From: Oculatellaceae cyanobacterium bins.114
Lineage (GTDB): Bacteria > Cyanobacteriota > Cyanobacteriia > Elainellales > Elainellaceae
DNA length: 29,109 nucleotides
Reading direction: 5' to 3'
NCBI GenBank assembly: GCA_033764315.1
Contig: JANRJA010000045.1
Coordinates: 1 to 29,109, forward strand
The position numbers were made by a program, and so were the translations under genes. Below, piece after piece: positions 9,887 through 19,746 of this stretch (its first letter is position 1; each line of letters begins with the position of its first letter). Under the pieces are notes generated by a model. The model was not told the origin of the DNA. It searched no databases and saw only the letters and a list, made by a program, of their open reading frames with translations.

Positions 9887-12800
9887 ATGACTCACGCCCA
9901 AAAGGAAGAACGGTTGTGCCGGATGCTGCAATGGCTTTACCCAGGTGCGATCGCCAGTTTTGCCCTCAGTTTGACGGGTCTTGTGCAACTGCCCGCGATC
10001 GCACAAGTCACCCTAGACGGCAGTTTAGGATCGGGGGGTGCACTCGTTGGGCCTGATTACATAGTGCCTCAAACTGCTGGGCGTGCCGCTGGTTCTAACT
10101 TGTTTCACAGTTTTGGGCAGTTCAATATTGCGCCGACCGAGTCTGTCACCTTTGAAAGCGACGCCACAGTTCGTAATATCCTGGCACGAGTCACCGGAGG
10201 GCGATCGACGATTGAGGGGTTAATTGCAACTCAAAGCCGAGCCGTAAACCTGTTTCTCATGAATCCCAATGGCATCATTTTTGGTCGAGGTGCCCGACTC
10301 AATGTCGGGGGTTCCTTTGTTGCCACAACTGCCAGTGAGATTTGGTTTGGCAATCAGGGACGGTTTAGTGCTTTGCCTGCCTCTGGAGAAGATGTTTCCC
10401 TGTTAACAATCGACCCCTCTGCACTGCGGTTTAACCAAGCAGTCTCTCAACCGATCGCCCCTATCTCAATGACGTTTCAACAGAACGCTATTTTTGGGGT
10501 TCCCAATGGTCAAAGCCTCTTGTTAGCTGGAGGCAACCTGACCCTGACCGGAGACGGCACCAGCAATGTTGTTGGAGGGACATTACAAGCTTTGGGAGGG
10601 AGAGTTGAGCTAACCGCTCTAGCAGGCGACGCAACCCTTGACTTATTGCGAGCGAATGGCAACGATCTCCGATTTGGGGTTCCAGAAGGAGTTGCGCGAG
10701 GCAACATTTCTTTGAATGGACGAACCCTGGTGAACGTGGCAGCAGGGGGAGGTGGTTACATTACCCTCTATGCCAACAATATTGACTTGTTGAATAGAAG
10801 CAATTTAATCGCAGGACTGGCTGTAAACCAGGGATTTGCTGGTAGTCAAGCCGGAGATATTCGAGTCGATGCGACAGGTTCTCTGAGAATCAATAACAAC
10901 AGTCAAATCAACAACGAAGTCGCTCAAACGGCGATCGGGTCAGGCGGTAATATTCTTATTAACGTTGGCAGAACCTTTAGCTTAGATAGCAATGGCATCC
11001 GCGTAAGAGCAAATACCAACAGTCAACGTTCTGAGTGTGATGCTCAACCCTGTAATGCTGGCAGCATCCTAATCCGAGCCGGGGTATTAGATCTTGATTC
11101 TGCGCGTATCCAAGTCAATGCAGGTAGCCGCTTTGGCAATGCTGGGACTATTCGCTTTGAGATTGCAGGCAACGCCAATGTTACAGATAATGCCCGAATT
11201 GAAAGCCGAGTTTTACCTATCAGCAATTCGGAGGGGCGGCGAGTTGTTCGAGGCAACAGTGGCAATATTATTCTCTCAGCTCAATCGTTGACGCTGCAAC
11301 GGGGTGGGCGGATCAGCACCAATACAGATGCTGATGGCGCGGGTGGCTCTATTCAGATTACTGCCCCTCAATTTGTCAATATTACTGGACGACGTGATGG
11401 CAGAAGCACGATCAGTGCTGAGGCAGAAGATGGGGCAAGACAGGCTGGCGGTAATATTGAAATCACAACCGACTATTTGCAGGTGCAGGATGGGGCGTTA
11501 GTGAATGCCTCGACACGAGGGCGTGTAGACGCGGGCAGTATTACTTTTAACACGCCTCGGTTGGAGGTGATCACGGGAGGAGTCGTGACAGCTACGGCTG
11601 AAAGTAATGCTAGAGGTTCGGCAGGAAGTATCCAGATCAACGCAGAAGGCGGCACTGTGCTAGTCAATGGACGAAGGTATAACGACAACAGTGCGATCAC
11701 AGTTGATACTGAAGAACGCTCTATTCGTCAGGGGGGCAACATCACAATTGATGCTGATCTGCTGCAAGTACAAGAGCGAGCAGAGGTTAGTGCTATCAAT
11801 GAAGGCGGTGCTGCCAGCGGTAGTATCACCGTCAACGTTAACCGATTAGAGCTGACTCGGGGTGGACGCATTATTGCCCGAACGGATGGTCAAGGCGATG
11901 CAGGTAATATCATCGTTAATGCCAACGGGGGAGCTATTCTGATTTCAGGAAGGACAACCGATAATCTGGCACGTACGGCTGGTTTGTTTGTCAATACCCG
12001 TGATGCAGGAGATGCGGGTAATATTCAAATTAATGATGCTGGGCAAATTGTGGTTGAGAATAATGGGTTTATCTCAGCAGCTACCGGATCAGATATTGCC
12101 GATCGCCCTCGCAATGCAGTGACCGGCAGGGGAGGCAGCATTGCCATTGCGGCTCAACAAGTTCAGGTGCAAAATGGTGGAGAAATTAGGGTCAGCAGTG
12201 AAGGAATTGGGTCAGCCGGTAATTTGACTATTAACGCACCTAGCATCCTGCTGCTCAACAACGGTGATATCAACGCCGAGACTTTTAGCAGTAGCGGTGG
12301 CAACATTACTTTGAATGGCGTTAACACGCTGCAAATCATTAACAGCAGCATGTCTGCTTCAACTCGTCAAGGCATTGGCGGATCGCTCAACATCAATGCA
12401 GCGGGAGGTGCGATCGCCCTTATAGGAGACAGCGATTTGTCGGTAGCTGCCTTTAGAGCGGGTGGTTCTGCCGGAAATTTAGATATCACCGCTGAACGAC
12501 TGACACTTCAAAATGGAGCGCGCATTGCGGCTACTAATCTCTCTTCTGTAGTGCCTAACACTGGCAATATCACGATCAACGGTTTAGAGACATTAGTGGT
12601 TGTCAACAGTCAAATCTCAGCTTCGACTGCAACAGGACAAGCGGGTAGTTTGTCGATCGCGGCTGATACGGTTCGTTTACGAGGTGTTGGGGGGCTGGCG
12701 GTGGAGGCAACGGATGGGGGCATTGCGGGTAGCTTGGCGATCGCCACCACTCGTCTGTTTGCCCAAGATGGAGCACGAGTGACCGTCAGCAGCACCGCTC

Positions 12801-14404
12801 AAGGGTCTGCCGGAAGTTTGCGAGTCACAGCTCGTGATGTTGTGTTAGATAACCGAGCAGGTCTCACCGCAGAAACCATCGGTGGTAGTGGGGGTGACAT
12901 TCGGCTCCGCATTCTCAATTCATTGCGGTTAACAGGGGGCAGTGATATCTCAGCCTCAACCGTGTCGGGCAATGGAGGAAACCTGATTATCAATGCTGGG
13001 GGAAGTGCCAGTCAGCGACAACAAGTAGACCTGCGACCGACTAACCTGATTCGCTTGAGCCGAAGTAGCCGTTTATCGGCTAGAGCAACGGGCACAGGCA
13101 ATGCGGGAAATGTGGCGATCGTGGTTCGACAACTCATTCTAGATGACCTGCCTGGGGTTCCAGAACCCGCTGGAATTTTTGCCTCATCCATCTCTGGTGT
13201 TGGAGGAGACATCACCCTGCAAAGAATAGAAGAGTTAAACCTCAACAACAGCCGCATTTCAGCCTCGACTCAACGCGGACGCGGAGGCTCTCTAGAAATC
13301 GAAGGGAGTAGTGGAATAATGACTCTCAGCGGTACAGGTGGCTTATTTGTAGAAGCTACAGAAACAGGTTCCGCAGGCAATATTGAGGTGACTACTCGAC
13401 AACTGACGCTCAACAATAGAGCACGTATCTCGGCTGCCAACCGTTCCTTTTTGCCTGATACAAATGCAGTTCGCAACTTTGGCAACATTCGGTTGCAGGG
13501 CTTAGAGACGTTGACCCTCAATAACAGTCAAATTACTGCCTCAACCCGGACGGGGCGAGCAGGCAGTTTGATTGTCAATACTGGACGGCTTGATGTCACT
13601 GATGGAGCCAGTATAACGGTCAGTGGTCGGCGTGGACAGGCGGGCGACTTGACCGTTACAGCCAATCAAATTCGGCTTGACCAAGGAGAATTGGATGCTG
13701 AGACAGGAGCCACAGGAACCAACCAAGCCAACATCCAATTGCGAGGCTTGAATCTATTAGTGTTGCGAAACGGTAGCCAGATCTCGGCGCGTGCTTTTAA
13801 CAACAGTGATGGAGGCAACGTCGAGATTGATGCAGGTGGGGGCTATGTGATTGCCGTTCCTAACGAAAACAGTGACATTATTGCTGATGCAGCAGGTGAT
13901 GGAAATGGAGGCGATATCAACATCACCACTCAAAGTATTATTGGTTTGATCGAAACCGACTCGACAGAACCGCGTAGCAACCCCATTAGCGAAATCAACG
14001 CCAGTTCTGAGTTTGGTTTAGATGGCAACATTATTATCAACACGCCTGGGATTGAGCCAGGACAAGGGCTGTTAGAGCTACCTGCGGATGTTGTCGATGC
14101 ATCACGGCTGATTGCTCAGGGCTGTTCAGCTGGAAACACGACCGCTGATGCACAAAGTGAGTTTGTCGTAACGGGACGAGGCGGCTTGCCCCCAAACCCA
14201 GAGCAACCCTTGCAGCGAGATGCGGTCATTGCAGATTGGGTCAGTTTAGATCCGAGTAATGCTCGCTCTAATTCAGCAGTTGCTCCCGGTGTAGCCGCTG
14301 AGGCCAGTGTTGTAGAAGCCCAGGGATGGACGGTGAATGCAGATGGACAAGTGTTGTTAACGGCTCATGCCCCACCTTCAAATTCCTTTTGCCATTTGCG
14401 GTAG
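9887..14404 (+). CDS. Filamentous haemagglutinin-like two-partner-secretion (TpsA) exoprotein, 1505 aa
   Basis: Signal peptide ending AIA|Q; TPS domain NLFHSFGQFN...LFLMNPNGIIFG; many GxAGxIxI beta-helix repeats; cyanobacterial C-terminal motifs FVVTGRGGLPPNP and VEAQGW. Confidence 0.92.
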   Translation: MTHAQKEERLCRMLQWLYPGAIASFALSLTGLVQLPAIAQVTLDGSLGSGGALVGPDYIVPQTAGRAAGSNLFHSFGQFNIAPTESVTFESDATVRNILARVTGGRSTIEGLIATQSRAVNLFLMNPNGIIFGRGARLNVGGSFVATTASEIWFGNQGRFSALPASGEDVSLLTIDPSALRFNQAVSQPIAPISMTFQQNAIFGVPNGQSLLLAGGNLTLTGDGTSNVVGGTLQALGGRVELTALAGDATLDLLRANGNDLRFGVPEGVARGNISLNGRTLVNVAAGGGGYITLYANNIDLLNRSNLIAGLAVNQGFAGSQAGDIRVDATGSLRINNNSQINNEVAQTAIGSGGNILINVGRTFSLDSNGIRVRANTNSQRSECDAQPCNAGSILIRAGVLDLDSARIQVNAGSRFGNAGTIRFEIAGNANVTDNARIESRVLPISNSEGRRVVRGNSGNIILSAQSLTLQRGGRISTNTDADGAGGSIQITAPQFVNITGRRDGRSTISAEAEDGARQAGGNIEITTDYLQVQDGALVNASTRGRVDAGSITFNTPRLEVITGGVVTATAESNARGSAGSIQINAEGGTVLVNGRRYNDNSAITVDTEERSIRQGGNITIDADLLQVQERAEVSAINEGGAASGSITVNVNRLELTRGGRIIARTDGQGDAGNIIVNANGGAILISGRTTDNLARTAGLFVNTRDAGDAGNIQINDAGQIVVENNGFISAATGSDIADRPRNAVTGRGGSIAIAAQQVQVQNGGEIRVSSEGIGSAGNLTINAPSILLLNNGDINAETFSSSGGNITLNGVNTLQIINSSMSASTRQGIGGSLNINAAGGAIALIGDSDLSVAAFRAGGSAGNLDITAERLTLQNGARIAATNLSSVVPNTGNITINGLETLVVVNSQISASTATGQAGSLSIAADTVRLRGVGGLAVEATDGGIAGSLAIATTRLFAQDGARVTVSSTAQGSAGSLRVTARDVVLDNRAGLTAETIGGSGGDIRLRILNSLRLTGGSDISASTVSGNGGNLIINAGGSASQRQQVDLRPTNLIRLSRSSRLSARATGTGNAGNVAIVVRQLILDDLPGVPEPAGIFASSISGVGGDITLQRIEELNLNNSRISASTQRGRGGSLEIEGSSGIMTLSGTGGLFVEATETGSAGNIEVTTRQLTLNNRARISAANRSFLPDTNAVRNFGNIRLQGLETLTLNNSQITASTRTGRAGSLIVNTGRLDVTDGASITVSGRRGQAGDLTVTANQIRLDQGELDAETGATGTNQANIQLRGLNLLVLRNGSQISARAFNNSDGGNVEIDAGGGYVIAVPNENSDIIADAAGDGNGGDINITTQSIIGLIETDSTEPRSNPISEINASSEFGLDGNIIINTPGIEPGQGLLELPADVVDASRLIAQGCSAGNTTADAQSEFVVTGRGGLPPNPEQPLQRDAVIADWVSLDPSNARSNSAVAPGVAAEASVVEAQGWTVNADGQVLLTAHAPPSNSFCHLR

Positions 14405-14425
14405 TTGCTTTTAAGCCAGTACTGA

Positions 14426-15394
14426 TTAAGACCCGCGCAACTCGTGAACTAGTTCTTTGAGGGTGACCTCAGGCGATCGCGGTTGCCATCCTAACTCCTG
14501 ACGCGCTTTGGTAGCGTCTACTCTCACACAGCGATCATAGAGATAGTGAACCCGTTCGCGACCGATGGGGGGTTGCCACGATAATAAGCGTCCAATCGGA
14601 TCGAGGATATTTCCGACCAATCGGACAATCGGTTCAGGCAGTTCCTTAGGTTCTGGGATGCCTGATTCCTGACTGAGAATTTGGAACATCTCACGGGTGG
14701 TCATATCTCCTGCCGAGAGGATGTAATAGGAACCAGGCGCGCCTTTGTCGGCAGCTAAAATCATGCCCTCGACCAAATCATCAACGTGCACAATTCCAGT
14801 GACGCGATCGCCTGCTAGCCACACTTTAAGCCATCCCTTGAGAAAGGTTTTAATGGCAGGCCCAAAGTGGGGGTCATCGGCTCCAAAAATCCCAGATGGC
14901 ATCACACTGACAACCGGAAACCCTTTAGCGGCATATTGATCAACTAGTTGTTGAGCGTCATATTTGGTGCTGTCGTAGGCTGAGGAAAAGTCTTTTTGAG
15001 TCCGTTGAAAGGTTTCGTCAATCACTCGCCCCTGCGTATCACCAAAAATGCCGATGGTGCTGCAATAGACCATTTTAGAGACGTTGGCTGCTTTTGCTGC
15101 CTCTAACACAGCCTTTGTGCCATCCACATTAATCCGCTGCATTTTGGCAGCATCAACCAGCCCTAACTCGACATAGGCAGCAATGTGAAACACCGTATCA
15201 ACCTGAGTCATGGCCGTTGCAAGCGTAGCGCGATCGCCAATATCTCCATAGAGCAACTCGATGTCGCAATTCTTTAACCGAGATAGATCGCTCGATTGCC
15301 GCACCAACCCCACGACTTGATGACCCCGACTTAACAGCGTTTTAACCAGGTGAGAGCCAGTAAATCCGTTTGCCCCTGTGACAAATGCTTTCAT
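14426..15394 (-). CDS. NAD(P)-dependent epimerase/dehydratase (extended SDR, HpnA/dihydroflavonol-reductase-like); candidate CerR-type reductase
   Basis: Rossmann motif TGANGFTG, FHIAA, NVDGT, catalytic Ser (CSTIG) and YDSTK (YxxxK). Start is ATG 15394 or 15418. Confidence 0.88.
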   Translation of the reverse strand: MKAFVTGANGFTGSHLVKTLLSRGHQVVGLVRQSSDLSRLKNCDIELLYGDIGDRATLATAMTQVDTVFHIAAYVELGLVDAAKMQRINVDGTKAVLEAAKAANVSKMVYCSTIGIFGDTQGRVIDETFQRTQKDFSSAYDSTKYDAQQLVDQYAAKGFPVVSVMPSGIFGADDPHFGPAIKTFLKGWLKVWLAGDRVTGIVHVDDLVEGMILAADKGAPGSYYILSAGDMTTREMFQILSQESGIPEPKELPEPIVRLVGNILDPIGRLLSWQPPIGRERVHYLYDRCVRVDATKARQELGWQPRSPEVTLKELVHELRGS

Positions 15395-15449
15395 CGTTTG
15401 CAACGCCTTCTCATACATGCAATAGGTCTGATGCTTTTATGTGCATCGT

Positions 15450-16607
15450 CTACAACACCTTCTCATAAATGCGATAAGTCTTGTAGATTTTTGCACCGGT
15501 GGCTTCGATGACTTTGCGAGAAGGCATGTTGTCTTCGTACACCCACGACAACTCAGCCCGACGATAAGGCTTGCGCTTTTCAACGCCATGTTTCATGCCA
15601 ATGTGAATCAACCCTAACGGCACCATACGGCGACGATGTTCAGGAAGGGCACAAATAGCGATGACACGGGCCGTGTCGATTTGCCGCCGATACCAGAGAA
15701 ACTTGAGAATGCCTAGCCAATTGAGCTTGCCATTAACCCGCTTTAACACCGGATTGTAGTCAGGCAGCGTCATAAAGAAGCCGACCATTTCACCCTCATA
15801 TTCGGCAATCCAAAAAATCTCTGGATCGACTAAGTCTTGCAGTGACTTGGCTTCTTCAAAAAATTCTTCTTCGGTGCGGGGGGTCGAACTCCAGTTGTTT
15901 GAGAAGGCTTTGGTAAACAGGTGATATAGTCCCAGCACATCCTGTTTGAACGCATCCCCTTTAAGGTGAAGCTGGCGGAATGTGATTCCCGATTTCAAAG
16001 CAATCCGATAGCCCTTTTCAAACTCATCGGGCAAGGGGCGATCGAGCGGTAGATCGTAGGCGTAGGCATCCTTAGCTTTGTACCACCCATCCTGCTCCAT
16101 AAACTGAGGGTAATAAGCCGCGTTGTAAGGCATCATCAAATAGGGTGTTGAGTCGAACCCATCCACCAAAAACAGGCAATTATTGTGGGTTGATAGGTCG
16201 ATTGGCCCTCGCACTTTAACCATGCCCTGCTCGCGTAACCACTGACTCGCCGCATCTAACAAAGCTTGGGCGATCGCCCCGTCATTAATGCATTCAAAAT
16301 AGCCAAATAACCCAATCGCTTCCCCTTCTCGCTCAATCAGGCGTTGATTGACAGATGCGACGATTCGACCGACGGCTTCTTCTCCATTGGCCCCCGGTCG
16401 AACGGCAATAAACTGTTGCAACTTACCGTATTGAAAAAACGGATTGGTTGGAGATAGTTGCTTGGCAATGCTGCTGCGGATGGGCGGCACCCAGTGTGGG
16501 TCGTTGGCATAGACTTTTGCTGGAATATCTAGAAACCATTCCTGCTGCTCAGGTGTAGTGACCGTTTGAATCTGAAATGATGCAGTTTGGGAGAGCACAT
16601 TAGTCAT
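15450..16607 (-). CDS. YghO-like double-GNAT acyltransferase, bacterial ceramide synthase (bCerS)-like
   Basis: Motifs DPHWVPP, NPFF, VGRI, FGYFE, RGP..LS, LVDGFD..P.LMMPYN..YY, KAKD..AY, LPDYN..L..VNGKL, ELSWVYEDN and YKTYRIY, recognised from memory of the family. Confidence 0.8.
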   Translation of the reverse strand: MTNVLSQTASFQIQTVTTPEQQEWFLDIPAKVYANDPHWVPPIRSSIAKQLSPTNPFFQYGKLQQFIAVRPGANGEEAVGRIVASVNQRLIEREGEAIGLFGYFECINDGAIAQALLDAASQWLREQGMVKVRGPIDLSTHNNCLFLVDGFDSTPYLMMPYNAAYYPQFMEQDGWYKAKDAYAYDLPLDRPLPDEFEKGYRIALKSGITFRQLHLKGDAFKQDVLGLYHLFTKAFSNNWSSTPRTEEEFFEEAKSLQDLVDPEIFWIAEYEGEMVGFFMTLPDYNPVLKRVNGKLNWLGILKFLWYRRQIDTARVIAICALPEHRRRMVPLGLIHIGMKHGVEKRKPYRRAELSWVYEDNMPSRKVIEATGAKIYKTYRIYEKVL

Positions 16608-16942
16608 AGGTTTAGCGATCAAGATGCTGACCGACGCTCATCAAAATAATATTAGAACTCCGTGTGCGACTTTCCCCAGAGCCACGGTTGCTGTGACGCA
16701 AATCAGACGACTTTGAGGATGCTGAACGAGCAACCGGAGATCTAAACCTCTAAGCTGCACATCGCGTTATTAGAGACTTTACATTAGAGACTGTACACAA
16801 ACTGAGACGGAAGTTCAACTTTTTCTACATCAAGCACTAAATCTCTGTTCTCAGACGCTTGTGAAATCGGCCTTGGGGATGAATTAGTTTTTGAGGCTGT
16901 AAACCGTTGGGTGATCTAGTCGCGCAACGATTTACTCAAGAT

Positions 16943-16956
16943 GTTAATTCTGTTAC
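16943..16956. promoter_or_regulatory. Possible NtcA-like site in the divergent spacer
   Basis: T-GTT-AATTCTGT-TAC-A, equal to GTA-N8-AAC on the minus strand. Confidence 0.3.
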
Positions 16957-17165
16957 ATTTTATTGCACTTAAAGCACAAGACTAGAGCCAATCTGCAAAA
17001 GTAGAAAAGTCGATAACATTTTTTAGGTGTTTGATCAGTCAAGAAAACAACAATTTTAATCGCCAAGTAGATCGCAACAAATTATTTCCCTTTTGATGAT
17101 CTGAATCGCAGCAAACTTTAGATTCTCGTACCTGTTTCCACGTGTATTACTAGAGCATTTTGCTA

Positions 17166-17204
17166 AATCGGTTGCGATACAACCAATCGATTTAGTAGTC
17201 GATT
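17166..17204. promoter_or_regulatory. Putative LacI-family operator cluster upstream of the sugar ABC operon
   Basis: AATCGGTT (17166-17173), AATCGATT (17185-17192) and AGTCGATT (17197-17204) fit or nearly fit the AAnCGnTT LacI core. Confidence 0.4.
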
Positions 17205-17639
17205 TATTCTGTATTTCCCTACTCGTTTTCTCGTCTTTAAGCCAATTTCCTACTCGTTTTCTCAGATCTGAGGCGATCGCACTGGCGGTTGATTTCTCGC
17301 GATTTTGTGGTTGACTCGACCAACTGATTTCCCAGATTTCCTGACTATCTGTTGAGCACTAGGTGTGCAATTTAGCAGAGGGTTTGGAATCTTTGTGTTT
17401 GTTATTACAACCCTACCTTTTTAGGGTCTTGAGTATTTGTGGCTGCATAAATGCTCAGGTATTTTTGTGTGCATTTGCACGCCTTGTAATAAACAAATGC
17501 TGCTGTAGAAGCGATCGCTGAATTGCTTTTTGATCACGACAAATGAGTGATTTTCAGAATTAGCAATTAAACTGCCCCCTGACACCCCGACAAACAGCAA
17601 CTCAGCATTTCATCATACTCACCTCACAAGGAAAAAGTT

Positions 17640-18779
17640 ATGTTCAAACTTGGTCATACCCGCTCTTGGGTGTCAATTTTAGGAGCACTATTACTGGCAG
17701 CCTGTGCGAATACCAATTCGTCAGGTTCAGACGAAGCCGCTGACCCCAATGCTGAGTTTAGTGCCGCTCGAGGATGCACAAATATTGGCGTTTTGTTGCC
17801 TGAGTCTGACTCTTCAGCCCGTTATGAAGCCTACGATCGCCCCTTACTAGAGCAAGAAATTAAAGCAGCATTACCGGAAGCAACGATTCAATATGCCAAT
17901 GCCAATAACAGTGCTGATACTCAACAAAACCAAGCAGAAGCCGCACTAACCAAGGGGGCTTGCATTCTGGTAGTCGGCCCTAATGATAGTGAAAAAGCAG
18001 CAGTAATTGTGCAATCAGCTCGGACGAGCGGTGTCCCTGTGATTGCTTATGACCGCCTCATTCAAGACCCTGACTTGGCGTTCTACGTCTCCTTTGACAA
18101 CAAACGAGTGGGTCAATTGCAGGGGCAATATATCGTTGATCAATTCAACGCAGGCAATTTTGATCTGCAAAAGGGTGCCAATTTAGTCATGATTAACGGT
18201 GCCCAAACCGACAACAACGCTTTATTGTTCCGCGAGGGAGCCATCGAAGCCCTGCAACCTCTGGTTGACAACGGTGATGTCAAGCTTGTGTTTGACCAAT
18301 ACACACCCAACTGGGACAACGGCAGAGCGCAGTCGCTCATGGAAGGCGTGCTGACCAAAGAATCTAACAACGTACAGATTGCCTATGTTGCCAATGATGG
18401 CATGGCAAACACAGTTATTGCAGCACTACGGGCACAACAGTTAAATGGCAAAGTGTTGGTCACAGGACAAGATGCCACCCTAACGGGCATTCAAAATATC
18501 CTCACAGGCGATCAAGCAATGACGATCTATAAGCCCATCGTTGAGGAAGCACGGGCAACGGCCCAATTGGTAGCTGCTTTGAGTCGTGGGGAAAACACTG
18601 ACTCAATCGTTAACGGTGAAACCGAAGTGGTTGGGGGTGAGCAGGTTGCTTCAGTGCTGGCTACCCCAATTGTGGTCGATCGCACCAATGTTGAAGAAAC
18701 CGTTATTCAAGATGGCTTTTTGACAAAAGAACAGATTTGTCAAGGATTGCCAGCCGGGGCAGGTGGCGTTTGTCCTTAA
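17640..18779 (+). CDS. Monosaccharide ABC transporter substrate-binding lipoprotein (XylF/ChvE-like, CUT2)
   Basis: Lipobox LAAC; VPVIAYDRLI, YVSFDNKRVG.LQ, TDNNA.LF, ANDGMA, VTGQDA and TIYKP motifs; AAGGA RBS. Confidence 0.9.
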   Translation: MFKLGHTRSWVSILGALLLAACANTNSSGSDEAADPNAEFSAARGCTNIGVLLPESDSSARYEAYDRPLLEQEIKAALPEATIQYANANNSADTQQNQAEAALTKGACILVVGPNDSEKAAVIVQSARTSGVPVIAYDRLIQDPDLAFYVSFDNKRVGQLQGQYIVDQFNAGNFDLQKGANLVMINGAQTDNNALLFREGAIEALQPLVDNGDVKLVFDQYTPNWDNGRAQSLMEGVLTKESNNVQIAYVANDGMANTVIAALRAQQLNGKVLVTGQDATLTGIQNILTGDQAMTIYKPIVEEARATAQLVAALSRGENTDSIVNGETEVVGGEQVASVLATPIVVDRTNVEETVIQDGFLTKEQICQGLPAGAGGVCP

Positions 18780-18837
18780 AATCGCGTTTCTTTTACCCCA
18801 TTTTCATTTCCATCCACTAAGGAGGATCAAACGTGCG

Positions 18838-19716
18838 ATGACCAATAGTTCAGTCTCGATCGCAGACCCTAATTCAGCGATCAATCCATCTGTACCTCGT
18901 TTAGAACTTAGAGGCATTAACAAATCCTTTGGGGGTGTTCAAGCCCTCAAAAATGTTGATTTTGAAGTGTATGCCGGAGAAGTTGTTGGGCTAGTGGGAG
19001 ATAACGGGGCCGGAAAATCGACCCTGATTAAAACAATGTCGGGGGCTTACGTTCCCGATGAGGGCGAGATTCTCATTGATGGAGCACCCGTTAGCATTCA
19101 AAGTCCTCAAGATTCAACCCAACTAGGCATCGAAACGGTTTATCAAGATCTAGCTTTGTGTGACAACTTGGATGTCGTCGCTAATCTATGGCTGGGGCGA
19201 GAGGCATATCGTCCACTGATTCCTGGTCTGCTCAAGGTTTTGGATGAAACCGAGATGGAGCGGCAAACCATTGAGGTTTTGAAAACTCTGGATGTCAAAA
19301 TTCCTTCGGTACGCTTACCTGTTGCCTCGCTTTCTGGCGGACAACGTCAGTGTATTGCGGTTGCCAAAACAATTTTGCGACAACCCAAAGTCGTGTTGTT
19401 AGATGAGCCGACTGCCGCTCTCGGTGTTGCTCAAACTCGACAAGTTTTAAACCTGATCTTGCGGTTAAAAGAACGTGGATTGGCAGTTGTCGTCATTTCC
19501 CACAATTTACATGACGTATTTGAAGTGACCGATCGCATTATTGTCATGCGTTTAGGACAGCGAGTTAACGCATTTGATACGCACACCGTGGCGCGTGAAC
19601 GAGTTGTTGCCTCTATCACGGGTGCAGATGCGGTTACAGATGCAGATGCGGTTACGGATGCAGATGCGGTTACGGATGCAGACACAGTTGCCGTCGCCGC
19701 GAACGATATTGCCTGA
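18838..19716 (+). CDS. Sugar ABC transporter ATP-binding protein (single ABC domain)
   Basis: GDNGAGKS, LSGGQRQ, LLDEPTAALG and ISHN motifs. AAGGAGG lies upstream of ATG 18838. Confidence 0.9.
   Translation: MTNSSVSIADPNSAINPSVPRLELRGINKSFGGVQALKNVDFEVYAGEVVGLVGDNGAGKSTLIKTMSGAYVPDEGEILIDGAPVSIQSPQDSTQLGIETVYQDLALCDNLDVVANLWLGREAYRPLIPGLLKVLDETEMERQTIEVLKTLDVKIPSVRLPVASLSGGQRQCIAVAKTILRQPKVVLLDEPTAALGVAQTRQVLNLILRLKERGLAVVVISHNLHDVFEVTDRIIVMRLGQRVNAFDTHTVARERVVASITGADAVTDADAVTDADAVTDADTVAVAANDIA
19624..19689 (+). repeat. In-frame 18-bp tandem repeat (ADAVTD x3 plus a partial copy)
   Basis: GCAGATGCGGTTAC(A/G)GAT three times, then GCAGACACAGTT. Confidence 0.95.
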
Positions 19717-19746
19717 TCGAGACCTATGAACTAAGGATGATTGACC

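Noticed and set aside
16769-16796. 14-bp tandem duplication ATTAGAGACT(T/G)TAC
   Set aside because: Only two copies; most simply explained by local slippage.
16804-16860. GAGACGGAAGT resembling the glnA (glutamine) riboswitch core
   Set aside because: The flanking conserved elements (5' CGTT stem and 3' GAAGGAACG) are absent.
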